DNA of 62,884 bases, the filler included, from Phoronis australis (lineage: Eukaryota; Animalia; Phoronida), in NCBI GenBank assembly GCA_002633005.1. It is 4 parts of 4 records of this genome, joined end to end, with 100 filler letters (N's around TTAATTAATTAA, not from the genome) between each part and the next. Parts side by side here need not be neighbours in the genome. Positions count along the whole stretch, not along the records: positions 39,475 to 60,412 come from NMRA01000133.1; positions 60,513 to 62,884 come from NMRA01003710.1; 2 more parts are not named here. One strand, written 5' to 3'. A program made the translations under genes and the position numbers. This document shows, in pieces, positions 52,601 to 62,884 of this stretch; positions within the stretch are counted from its first letter, which is position 1, and each line of letters opens with the position of its first letter. The notes under the pieces were generated by a model that did not search any database, was not told the origin of the DNA, and saw nothing but the letters and a program-made list of their open reading frames with translations.

Positions 52601-54035
52601 TATGTTGAGGCGTGCCTCATTGATTGGTAGTGTGTGAAAATATGTGCATGGAATTTTCAACCGAGGAAATTATTTATTAGTTGTTGGAGGAATAGATAGC
52701 CAAGTCTCCTTTGTGTTGGTGTTATCTTGAATGTTGTAGCATTTTTATTACGGTATACTGCTGTTGGTTGCTAAGCTGCCCGATAAGTCTTACTCATCGC
52801 ATGGTATTATACTGAACATATTTGTACTATTTTGTGCACTTCTAGAATTCCATCTTGCCCTTCAGTATCGTCTTTTGCCCGCTTCGACTTCCATCAACAT
52901 TTAATTGCATGTGTACTTAAACAGTCAAATACTATTTATTCAGTTATTTCAGTAATGGTTTTTTATGAAAATTTTGTTAAAAGGCATCTAAGCACACTGA
53001 AGTTTACTTCTAGCCATAATAGTTTACTAAAAAGGGCATACGACTCAAAATGAGACAGCCACGTATTTCAGATACAGTCTGCTTTGATTGACAGCAAATT
53101 ATATTGGAAGCTTTTTGAAATAATTTTCACTAAAATCTAGTAGAATAAATGGAATTTTTTTCTGGAAATTTGTGAATAGTATTTGACCTCTTTTAGTGCT
53201 GAGGAGAGTCCAAGCCCACAATGTACTGCCATCATTTGAAACATTCTGTCTTTCAGCTGTTTGTAGTGTATTACGGTACCTACTGTTTTGTTACAGTGGT
53301 TCAAACATGTTCATGAAGATGAAATGTATTCCACTGACAACAACTATTGTGTCCAGTATCACCAATAATTTGTTGTTTTAAATGCATTTTGGGAATGTTT
53401 GCTCATTTAGATTATGTTTTTAAGTGGCCTTTCATGGCATTTTTGGTTAGTTTACTTGGTCTTCTTATAAAAGGTATTTTGAACCTGTGCAGTCTGCTGC
53501 TGTAAAAATTAAATTCATGAATTAGATTGTCAAACTTAGTCAGAAATTGAGAAAGTTCCGAAAACGTCAACCAATATTAGGAGCTGTGTTCACTCACTTT
53601 TCAACAGTCCAGGACACTTGCAGATTTTCAGTCTTAACTGTTTTACAGCACTTTTCCTTTGACTCGAGCAATGATGGTGAAAGTAGGTTGAAACTAAATA
53701 CAACAGCGATTAAGCCAGTCATGCATACTACACTGTGAATACATAGGGTGATTGCTCACAGGGTCACACTTCTAGTTAAAAAATAGTTGACTTAAATATG
53801 CTAAATTGACCAAAAATTCCTTCAAAAATATTACATCTTTATCCTTATAAAGTGTGCAATGCATGTAAATGGTGGAATACAACAATGTAGTAAAACCAAA
53901 GTCTGTTCAAGCTGCTATTCTTAAGTTATCGTTCCGGTGAAAGTTGTTCTAGTTATTTTGTTGGAGCACCAACTGAAGTGGGTTTCCTAGCTTTAACTTT
54001 GTGTTACATGTCATTTCTGTGTCACTTCTTTACAG

Positions 54036-54137
54036 AAGGGTATTGGTAACAAGAAAGGGGAAATTGAACTGCACACTGTTCATGCCATAGAGTACGTGGA
54101 GAGTGACGGTCTTGGAGGGAGAGACAATGGATTTCAG
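54036..54137 (+). CDS. Tec: Tec/Btk-family kinase exon (PH domain)
   Basis: KGIGNKKGEIELHTVHAIEYVESDGLGGRDNGFQ; ttctttacag acceptor, gtaaat donor, phase 0-0. Confidence 0.9.
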
Positions 54138-54636
54138 GTAAATGGGAACAGTGTCAAATATCCGTAAGAATCTCCGTGGATGAAACCGAGGCTGAGTTTT
54201 GATCGATGACGACACCTTCCCGTTTTTGGATCCTTTCAGTGTATTCTATTGGCCATTTTTTATTATACAAATAAATACCCCTAGAAGCACACTGTTTGTA
54301 GTGCATTCATTTCAATGCTCCACATTGCTCTTGTTAAATTTGTCAAGGAGCTAACACATGATTACCAATGTAAATGTATACCTCTGCTTTTGTGCAATGC
54401 AATTTAAAGTGAACAAATATGAAGTCAGGACATTGGAAAGTACTGTACAGTTTTTTTCCTGATTTCGGCCTATGTGTGGATAAACACCCCTCTTAAATTT
54501 TCACTCTTAAATGCCCTTTTAATACTTAAAGTCAATTTCTGGTTGTTAAATTAAGCATAAAAGTCAAAAATACTTTCAGCTGACTTTTCTCTCATTTATT
54601 AAGTGGGGTTAATATTTTGAGACCGTTATATTGCAG

Positions 54637-54724
54637 GTTGTGTACTCAGACGACTATTATATACTCTACGTAATTGCCCAGTCGGACAAGTCACGCCAGG
54701 AATGGGTGAATTTATTACGTGACA
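54637..54724 (+). CDS. Tec: Tec/Btk-family kinase exon (PH C-terminal helix)
   Basis: VVYSDDYYILYVIAQSDKSRQEWVNLLRD with the conserved PH Trp; ttgcag acceptor, gtaagt donor, phase 0-1. Confidence 0.92.
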
Positions 54725-55176
54725 GTAAGTCCTTTTCAACCAGTTGAGGAAGTAAATACTTGTAGTCCAGAAATTATATTAAAGGCGTTTTGTTGATAGT
54801 GACAGCGTCTCAACAGAATCATCTGTTGAAAGGAGCCAATAAGAACACCTCAGTTAGAGGTCATTGAAATTCTCTGGAGAAGGGGTTTACACTACTTTTA
54901 ATGTATGAAACAGGTCCCTTTAGTTATTTCGTCATATCGTGAATAAGGTTTTTATATTAATTCTTCCATTGCCAATTTTTTTAGAATTGCATTTCCTAGT
55001 ATCAACTGAATTAAATTAATATGTAGAACATTGAGTGCAACTACTAATGTTGTAAAATTGTTATTTGTTGATAGATTTTGATGAAATTTTCATGGTATGA
55101 TGCACACATTTTGTTTCACAATATTCTGAAATTATAGCATCATGCGTTGAGGCAGATATTTTTCTCCAAGGTTAAT

Positions 55177-55262
55177 GGGTAGGTGGGTGTTCTTTCAAAC
55201 GAGTAGATCTTAATGTGGGTACGTGGGTGTTCTTTCAAACGAGCATATCTTAAGGTGGGTGT
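55177..55262 (+). repeat. Two-copy ~41-bp tandem repeat
   Basis: gtgggtgttctttcaaacgag..atcttaa repeated twice plus a partial third. Confidence 0.75.
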
Positions 55263-55636
55263 TTTTACAACAGCTTTTGAGATAACTTCAGTCCTTAAAT
55301 TACTCAAATGTGTTCCTTATAGTCATATGTGACTATGTTTTGATAAGGGCGCAAGTCTACAAACCAACTCATGGGAGCTTGAACATCAATCTGATGTGCA
55401 AATACACCCTTGATAAGACAGCATGTCATCTTTCACGCGTTCAATTCTTTGAGAAATTTACCTAACCTTGTAATTTTTTTAACACTCATGATTTTGAGTT
55501 TGATTTGAGATCGTGTTTTGGAACACTGTTTTAGCATATCTGTCCCCTTGTTTGGATACGGTGGTCTTTGATAGAGGGGCAAATACCATTAATTTTTAAT
55601 TAATTTTTAATAGTAAGTATTTCTTGCCATTTACAG

Positions 55637-55786
55637 CCTGTCTTGCAAAAAATGCCCCGTTCATTGAAAAGTACCACCCCGGGGTGTGGCGAAGGGGCAA
55701 GTTTAGCTGTTGTGAGCAGACAAGTCGGATGGGTATTGGATGCAAGGCCACGTATAACCAACCACGAATACCACGCAAACCAAAAG
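55637..55786 (+). CDS. Tec: Tec/Btk-family kinase exon (Btk zinc-binding motif)
   Basis: CLAKNAPFIEKYHPGVWRRGKFSCCEQTSRMGIGCKATYNQPRIPRKPK contains KYHP..W..G...CC.Q......GC; tttacag acceptor, gtactc donor, phase 1-1. Confidence 0.95.
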
Positions 55787-56682
55787 GTACTCAAACACTT
55801 TCTGTTGTCTGTTTGATGTCTTTCTGCCTCAGTCTGTGCTATAGTCGGATATAACGTGCCCGTATTTTGAGAACCAGTTTGATGCCAGCTATTCATTGAG
55901 TGGAGAAAACTGGTTCTCTAAATTCAGACCGTTACCTCAGTCTGTATGCTGTTAGTGTAGTACATACCCCTGTTTATGTCCTAGTTGCTGAGGAATTGTC
56001 ATGTTTCAACAAAAATTTGTTTCTTAAGACAAAACAATTTCTGTGTGAACCGACTATGTAAGTGAACAGAACTGTATTTTGAAGCTTCACGAAGCATGGT
56101 GCATTTATCCATTGCTTGTTACCTGTTCATTGACAGTTTAAGTAATTCTCAAAATTAAGATGGCTGTCTGGGGATTTCATTCACAGTATTTGTACGCCCT
56201 CACCTGACATCAAAATTGATATATGCTCAGGACAGCCATTTGATTGCCCTTAACTCTATTCATTCGGAATTGTGATCGTATGAGGCTCAGTGTTATTTGG
56301 TTTCCATGAACACACATTTCTCACAGGCAATACTTCTTATCTGTTTTAAATACACTTGAGATAACCAAGTTTTTTTTGTTAGAGAGAATGGTGGTTTTTG
56401 AGAAATTGGTTCATGAAAGAGAAATATTGACTGCTATTGTTAATAATTTGTAATTACTACACAACTAATTAATGCCATTTTTGGACTAATCTATTTTTGT
56501 ATCTCTTGCCTTCTATGGATTAACTGACTTCCTATTTGAAAACTTCATGTTTCACTTAAGATGCATTAAGAGTTAGGAATGCGAAACGACATGTTTCACC
56601 ATACATTTCTGTACTCGTAGTTTATTTTGACATTACTTTTGCCAAAGACTGTCATTAAGATATGTACGTTGTTTTGTTTCAG

Positions 56683-56768
56683 GTGACAACTACTCGTATG
56701 CACACTCGGATAAGTTTATTAAACCTCCTAATACTCCCCTGCCCCCCACACCCAATGAGGCGCAAGAG
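56683..56768 (+). CDS. Tec: Tec/Btk-family kinase exon (proline-rich region)
   Basis: GDNYSYAHSDKFIKPPNTPLPPTPNEAQE with PLPPTP as in Btk; ttttgtttcag acceptor, gtgagt donor, phase 1-0. Confidence 0.9.
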
Positions 56769-57259
56769 GTGAGTAACTCTTGGCTGACGGCCATTTTGGA
56801 ATTGTTTGCAGCCATTCCCTGAGGCCAACATCTTGTGAGTTCACACAAGATCACGTCAGTGCATGGCCTTATCTACGGTAGTTCTCCACTTATTTTGCAC
56901 GCAATATGGCCGACAAGTAAAATTGTATTCTTTCAAATTTGTCCGTGAAAGGAGACAAAGAATATTAAGCAATCATTTTGTCCAAAATTTTTCGTGTGAA
57001 ATAAGTGGAGACTTTCGTAACTGCAACTCGTGTTTAGTAGTGAGGAGCAGACAGCACTTCTAGATTCTGATAGCAAAATGGCTGCTGCTGAAAAGTGATT
57101 TTATTGCTACAGCAGCATTGAATTATGGGTATAAATGGCTTATAAGCGCACATGCTCAATATTTCTGTTGTCCAAGTGGGGCTTTGCCAATGTTAGTATT
57201 CTATGAATGACTCTCCTCAAGGTTATGTTCATTACAACTTCATGTGTGTCACTGACAAT

Positions 57260-57995
57260 AAATGATGGATGGAGATTGTAATAAAGACGACGTGTGTCTG
57301 ACTGATTCAACTACCTCTCTGCTCCCTAGTGGCAATTTTAGTTGTTCACGTTTGTCTCTTATCTTTTGAGTTCTTCATGGATTTTCATGAAATTTAGCAT
57401 ATAGGTTTCTGTTAAGGAGATGATGTTTTTTGTGACTATGGCTGCAGCTTCTGATTTCTTTGCATGATTTTTGTGAACTTTTAAAGATGTTTTCCTACAG
57501 ATGTGATAATGGCTGCCCATGACCTTTTGGATGGCTCCGACAACCATATTGCCTCTCCAGTAGCAATTTTGCTGTTTACCTTGATGTTTTTCTTGAACAT
57601 TGGCAGAAAAATTTCTATTCTGAAGATGACGGCATCTTTTTGGATTTGACATATTCTGTGCCATGTCAATTATGTTTTAGCAGCTGTATCTATTAAACCC
57701 CTTGCAAGATCACAACTCGCAAGTCTATTCCTATTAACTTGACAATAGATGGATGGATTGGACCACCACTGTGCCTTCTAAGGGCAATTTGTTTTTTATG
57801 TTTGCACCTGTATCTTTGGAGTTCCTTGGTAAATTTTCATGAAAGTTGACAAGTTTTGTAATAGAGAGACCACAGTGTTTTCCCAATTTTGGACGAGTTT
57901 GATGTATTCTACGATGCTATTTGATGGCCATTTTTATGATACTGAAAACACAATTAGGAGCACACCATTTGCATTCCAGTCGTGGGTGCATTTTG
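57260..57995 (+). mobile_element. Old, diverged HINE-like core repeats
   Basis: ccctagtggcaattttag and ttttcatgaaattt motifs shared with the 25026 and 60012 copies. Confidence 0.5.
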
Positions 57996-58645
57996 TGAGT
58001 TCTTTCATTGGTTGATTAAATGAACAGCAGTTTGAGTTGTGGCCCAGTTATCCTGCTTGTGGAAAAGATTTCTGGGAGATGATCTATTGCATGTGTCCCG
58101 GGACCATGGATTTAATGCCCATTCATCCAGTCTGGAGAATCTTGTGCTGAGGACATAACATTGAACAATGCTCTGTTCAGTGGTGTATAATTAAGCAATT
58201 TTGTCTTGACAGGTCGTCCCGGGTACCCAGCATACTAACAGTACTTGGGACGGCGGAAATTCTCGAGCGCTTCAAGATTCCAATAAATGCTTCTGACTAA
58301 TTCACTAAAAGTTGTTCTACTAATGGGCAGACATAACTATCATGTTTGCGGTAAAGTTTTTTTGAATAAGAACACAATATGCCTTTACTGTAAAATCTTA
58401 TTACATCGCAATTTTCTATTAGAAGACAATTTTACTTGATTATTTGAATACTTTATATAGTATTTTTGTCATAACCAAATACACGACTTTTTAGATTATG
58501 CAGTGTTCATATTTTGAAAAATGAAAAAATTAAAACGTTGGCCATTGTTGTTCTTGGAATTTGAGGAAACTTTACCACGCTATTTGCCTGCGCAGCATGA
58601 CTGGACAATGCCTATTCAAATTCAGTGATCATGGAATCGTGCTGG

Positions 58646-58698
58646 TTGTAGTCCCTGAAGTCCTTGTAGTCCCTGAAGTCCTTGTAGTCCCTGAAGTC
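58646..58698 (+). repeat. Three-copy 18-bp tandem repeat
   Basis: (ttgtagtccctgaagtcc) x3. Confidence 0.95.
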
Positions 58699-59770
58699 TG
58701 TGAGATTCTGTCGCGACCACTTTGCGTTATGGGAAATAACTTTCGTACCAAATATATTCAAGGAAGTGTGTTCTGTTTGCAGTTATTCTTCACATATTTA
58801 GCAAACAATATGGCTGACAAATGAAATTGTATTTAAGTCCTCCGCAAAAGTAAACATTATGACAATTTTAGTCTTTCATTGGATTAGTTTGTATCGTATA
58901 GGTGTCATAAACGTAAAGAACATTTTTTAACGTCTCCTTTATCTGCAACACGGTGATCTTTGTGAAAATGACAATTTTTTATCATTGTTTTTTGTGCAAA
59001 ATAGGAATTTAGAATATTTATCTCATATGGGTTGTTGCTGTTGGCAACAAATAGTGCACACAGAAAATCTTGGTAAACTTTCCTCCGTTGTTTTGTCAAA
59101 TACCATGTAGAAAGTAATAACGAAAATTGAAGATTGCTGAAAATGGTCCTAAAAATTGAGAGGAATCCAGAAGACTATTGTGAAGAATTATTAGCTTAGT
59201 TGAAAACATCTGAGGAGTCTGAATCTAAGTAGAGAGTTTTGGAATTAGCCAAATGTTTGCAGTATGGCTGCCTCTGATAAGTGATTTGACGGCTATGAGT
59301 GTTGCATTTTGGGTTTGAATGGTAAACATGCCCCTACAATGTTCGCTTGCTTGGTTGACTTTAACGCAGAGTTTACTCTTGGATATGATTTGTGATGGTA
59401 AGATTTTTTTTCAACTGTTGTGTGATCTAATTCTTGTGTGTGTGGATATGTCATTTAGTCATTGTTGCATGTTGTTGGTGTGTGGTAGAATAGGTAGTGT
59501 AGTTTAGTGTAACACAGTAATAACAAGTGTATAACAAAAATGTAACATAATAATACCAAAAGTGCAACATAATAATGATAAAATCATAATACCAGCAGTG
59601 TTTTAACACTTAAATCTAAAGTAATTCCAAAAACACTTTTGTCTAGTAGCTAATGAGTTTTTAATCGAAACAAAACTTTGGTACACACATAGTAATTATT
59701 ATAGTCCAAACCAGGTGCATCATTTTGTTTATTATCCACTCATCTGTAGTTTGCTTTCATGAGGCACTAA

Positions 59771-59922
59771 TACCCTGTTCACACCAAAGCCGTTAGAGCC
59801 TTTAAAACCAATTTAAATGTTACAACTCTTGATCTGAACACTTAGAACCAGTTTTAAAAGTTGTAATTGTTCGGATGGCTCTTGAGAAGTTACAGCCATT
59901 GTAACTCCGTGTGAACATGGCA
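59771..59922. mobile_element. Small MITE (Harbinger-like termini)
   Basis: TACCCTGTTCACAC / reverse complement TGCCATGTTCACAC; TSD not matched. Confidence 0.4.
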
Positions 59923-60011
59923 GTCAAATCTCTTTGAAACAATGGCACACCAAGGCTTTTCCCGTAAAATCAGCATTTGTCACTGGGATGCAGCCATGTT
60001 TATAATTGTAA

Positions 60012-60412
60012 TTTTTATGCGCCCGTATATTTATATGTGGACGCATTATGCCGTCATCTCTGTCCGTCCGTCCGTTCGTCCGTCCGTCCGTCCGGGCGGC
60101 GTTCGTCTGGCGTCCGGCGTCCGCTGCTCTATCTCCAAAACCCTTTGACATACGTTCAAGAAATTTGGCACATATGTTCCATTCATGAATGGGACGGCAT
60201 GTGCGAACTTTCGGATGGATCCGACTACCGGTGTGCCCCCTAGTGGCAATTTTAGTTTTTTACGCTTACCTTTGTATCCTCAAAAGTCCTGAACGGATTT
60301 TCATGAAATTTGGTATGTAGGCACCTAGTAGTGAGATGACGCTATCCTGCCGTTTTCAGATGGATTCGACATAGTTTGCGCCACCTAGTGGCCATTTTTA
60401 GTGTTTTCGAGT
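60012..60412 (+). mobile_element. Helentron-associated (DINE-1/HINE-like) element, 5' part, cut by gap
   Basis: tttttatgcgccc sub-TIR with nearby inverted ggacgcat, (GTCC)n microsatellite, two cctagtggc core repeats. Confidence 0.8.
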
Positions 60413-60512
60413 NNNNNNNNNNNNNNNNNNNNNNNNNNNNNNNNNNNNNNNNNNNNTTAATTAATTAANNNNNNNNNNNNNNNNNNNNNNNNNNNNNNNN
60501 NNNNNNNNNNNN
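60413..60512. other. Assembly gap with TTAATTAATTAA linker
   Basis: 100-bp N block. Confidence 0.98.
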
Positions 60513-61092
60513 CCATCTTGTAGTGATGTTTAACGTGATGCACGGCTGCTTTAGTATCACCACCACATTCTTGAATGTTCTTGGTCGCAGCTTCCAGTGA
60601 TTGTGCTGTTTTAAGTGCTGTGGCGTACGAAAAGTCATCTTTTTGACTGAGTTCCATCGAACGTTTCTTGACATGTGCATCTCGCACGCCAACCGCGATA
60701 CGATCACGGAGCATGTTCTCCAGCTGATTTCCAAAATCACAGTCTTTTGCAATCGATTTAAGTTCAGCAACATAGTCTGATATGCTCTGGTTAGCAAATT
60801 GCGAGCACGAGTTGAACGCAAAACGTTGTGAGCATGATGACGGCTTCGGGTGGTAATGATCTTTCAATACTTTGGTCAGTGCATCAAATGTTTTGTCTGT
60901 GAGGGCATCAGGTGACACTAAATTTGTCAAAATTTTAAATGTCTCTGTACCACAGGAACTCAGGAGAATGGCCCTATTCTTGGCATCATCTGTGACGTCA
61001 TTCGCGATGAAATAAAATTTCAACCGCTCAATATAAGCTGTAATGTCACCACTGCATTTATCAAACTCAACCACTTTTCCATGGTACGCCAT
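60513..61092 (-). CDS. gag: Ty3/Gypsy gag N-terminal ORF (uninterrupted up to the gap)
   Basis: YIERLKFYFIANDV...AILLSSCG...LKDHYHP...RFAFNSCSQ..QSISDYVAELK..AKDCDFG..LENMLRDRI motifs of invertebrate Gypsy capsid proteins; PBS 190 bp upstream. Confidence 0.92.
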
Positions 61093-61284
61093 TTTCTGAT
61101 GCTATGATAAAAACACTGTCACCGATAGCATAGACTGGTACACAGTAACTGTCCTATTGTATACACAAAGGAAAAATGGCGGAAACCGGTGCTGACACAA
61201 CGTGGTTTGGGGTTGGTCACAAAAATGTTCGATATTCGTGATATAAACGTTCACCTGTTGACACTGGCGTCCAAACTTGATCCG

Positions 61285-61443
61285 ATCCTCGTCGCCAATT
61301 ATGTGGTGTATGTGGTAATACCAGCTACCAACATATATGATTAATAAATGAAGAAAACCGAGCCAATGTCAAATACCAACAAACAACTTTATAAGCCATC
61401 AACTTCAACACGCCATCTAGGCGATTACCGTAACAATTACACA
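61285..61443 (-). mobile_element. PBS (tRNA-Ser GCU) and 5' LTR (partial or short) of the minus-strand Gypsy element
   Basis: Minus strand ...caccaCA taat TGGCGACGAGGAT; LTR 3' end at 61302, LTR 5' boundary approximate. Confidence 0.75.
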
Positions 61444-61486
61444 AAACTCTGATCTGAAGATATCCAGTCCGACTCTTAAGGAGTTA

Positions 61487-62884
61487 TTGATCGAGTTATA
61501 CTTACAGAGTCCAAATGTCTCAACCAGGTCATCTTGGTTATCCCTTCAGTCCGAGTCTTTCGAGTTACGGCGAGTACACTCTCATCTCAACCAAGGGACG
61601 CGGCCCTCCAAGAGAGACACCAACGCTCGAGATGTCAAACGCTATCTCAACGTCGCCACTATCGCGTCAGATGGTTTACTTGTGGCTCNATCTTTGACGG
61701 CTTACTCACGGCACTTCATTTACGGCTGGATCACCCCACCTCCCATCAACTGAAACTTGTCACCCAACGATACATCTTTGCACTTGATTTAGAGTCTGCC
61801 ATTGATCGTTGCTCACGCATGTGTCATCAATGTTGTTCAATGCGCTCTTTTCCCAAAACCACGACCCTGCAGAGTACCTCTGATACACCTGCGACCGTTG
61901 GGACGTCGTTTGCAGCTGACGTCATGAAGCGCGAGCGACAGCTGATTTTGGTACTCCGAGAGTGCGTCTCGTCTTACACAGCTGCTTGTATCATTGCTTC
62001 TGAACGCCACGAGGATCTTCGAAATGATCTTCTCCAAATGTGTCTCGAACTGCACTCGTTAGACGGCCCTCGTGCAGTTATCCGTACAGATCCGGCTTCA
62101 GGTTTCCAGGCTCTTCAAAAGGACAAACTCCTAGAACATCATTGCATTTCAATTGAGATCGGACGCATCAAGAATCTCAACCATAATCCTGTCGCAGAGA
62201 AGGCCATACAGGAGTTGTCACACGAGTTACTGCGTGATTAGCATGGAGCCGGCAATGTCAGATCCTTACAGCTGGTCGTAGCTGTTGCTCGATTGAACAG
62301 CCGCCTCTCCACCGGATTGTCTGCCAGAGAGATGTGGTTTCAGCGCGACCAGTTCACCAATTGCCAAATACCAGTTCATGACAACTTGTTGATCTCTTCC
62401 CAACGACAACGGCGCTCTATCAACCATGGACCCAGTGCACGATCCAAGGCTCCTTTGGCCAACCAGGCAGTAGAATGCGACGCATCCATCGGCGATATCG
62501 TTTACCTCTACTCTGATAGGGAAAAGACCAGAGCCCGTCCACGACACCTCGTGGTTGCCTCCGATGGCGTGTGGTTGAGTGTTCGTAAATTTTTTGGAGA
62601 TCAGTTACGTAATGCTTCTTACCGTGTCAAACCCAGCGAGTGTTACCGTGTTCCGTCAGAGATTACTGACATTCCAGATGCATCACCTGACACTGCCCCT
62701 TGTGGTCACGATGACGACGACGAGTTCCCACCGTCTTCCGCAGTTCCAGTATCCGTTTCATCACTGCCCTCGTCCTGCAATCCAGCTTCATGGTGCAACA
62801 ACGGTGTACTACTTTCACGTGGCCCACGTGCCGCCCCAGCTGTGCCATCCACCATCATTCCTCCCCCTGATGTATCCTGCCAGC
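61487..62884 (+). mobile_element. Second Ty3/Gypsy-type element: degenerate pol/integrase
   Basis: [10 protein letters not shown]...DVKRYL, zinc-binding H-x4-H...CHQC, SFAADV, IRTDPASGF, NPVAEKAIQEL, later GDIVYL; frame break at n61689 and in-frame TAG at 62239-62241, with the frame continuing afterwards. Confidence 0.9.

Noticed and set aside
58561-58824. ORF with VVPEVL repeats; 18-bp repeats as a possible CRISPR-like array
   Set aside because: Head-to-tail minisatellite with no spacers, in a eukaryotic intron.

Overview
AT-rich animal (invertebrate-like) nuclear DNA from a draft scaffold, with three 100-bp gaps padded with a TTAATTAATTAA linker and several single-n joins. Two host genes diverge head-to-head across one gap. 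(i) + strand: the 5' part of a Tec/Btk-family tyrosine kinase gene, with five phase-consistent coding exons (46525-56768) giving PH domain, Btk zinc motif and proline-rich region; SH3/SH2/kinase exons are not in the window. (ii) - strand: the 5' part of a collagen gene with a type IV-like 7S N-terminus (ECSTGCTCAGPKGER followed by 15 Gly-X-Y triplets). The most notable structure is a 5'-truncated RTE/RTEX-like LINE flanked by an ungapped 203-bp direct repeat that contains the whole 45-nt Cys-rich collagen exon with both splice sites, i.e. an apparent exon duplication caused by a giant target-site duplication. The remainder is transposon-derived: Kolobok-like TTAA elements (one with a THAP domain, one splitting a Tx1/L1 LINE and carrying an LTR/PBS fragment), a Harbinger transposase fragment and MITEs, Helentron-type (DINE-1/HINE-like) repeats, a Penelope GIY-YIG remnant, and two Gypsy elements. 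No CRISPR array, rRNA or intact tRNA was seen. All family assignments come from motif recognition by eye, not database searches.
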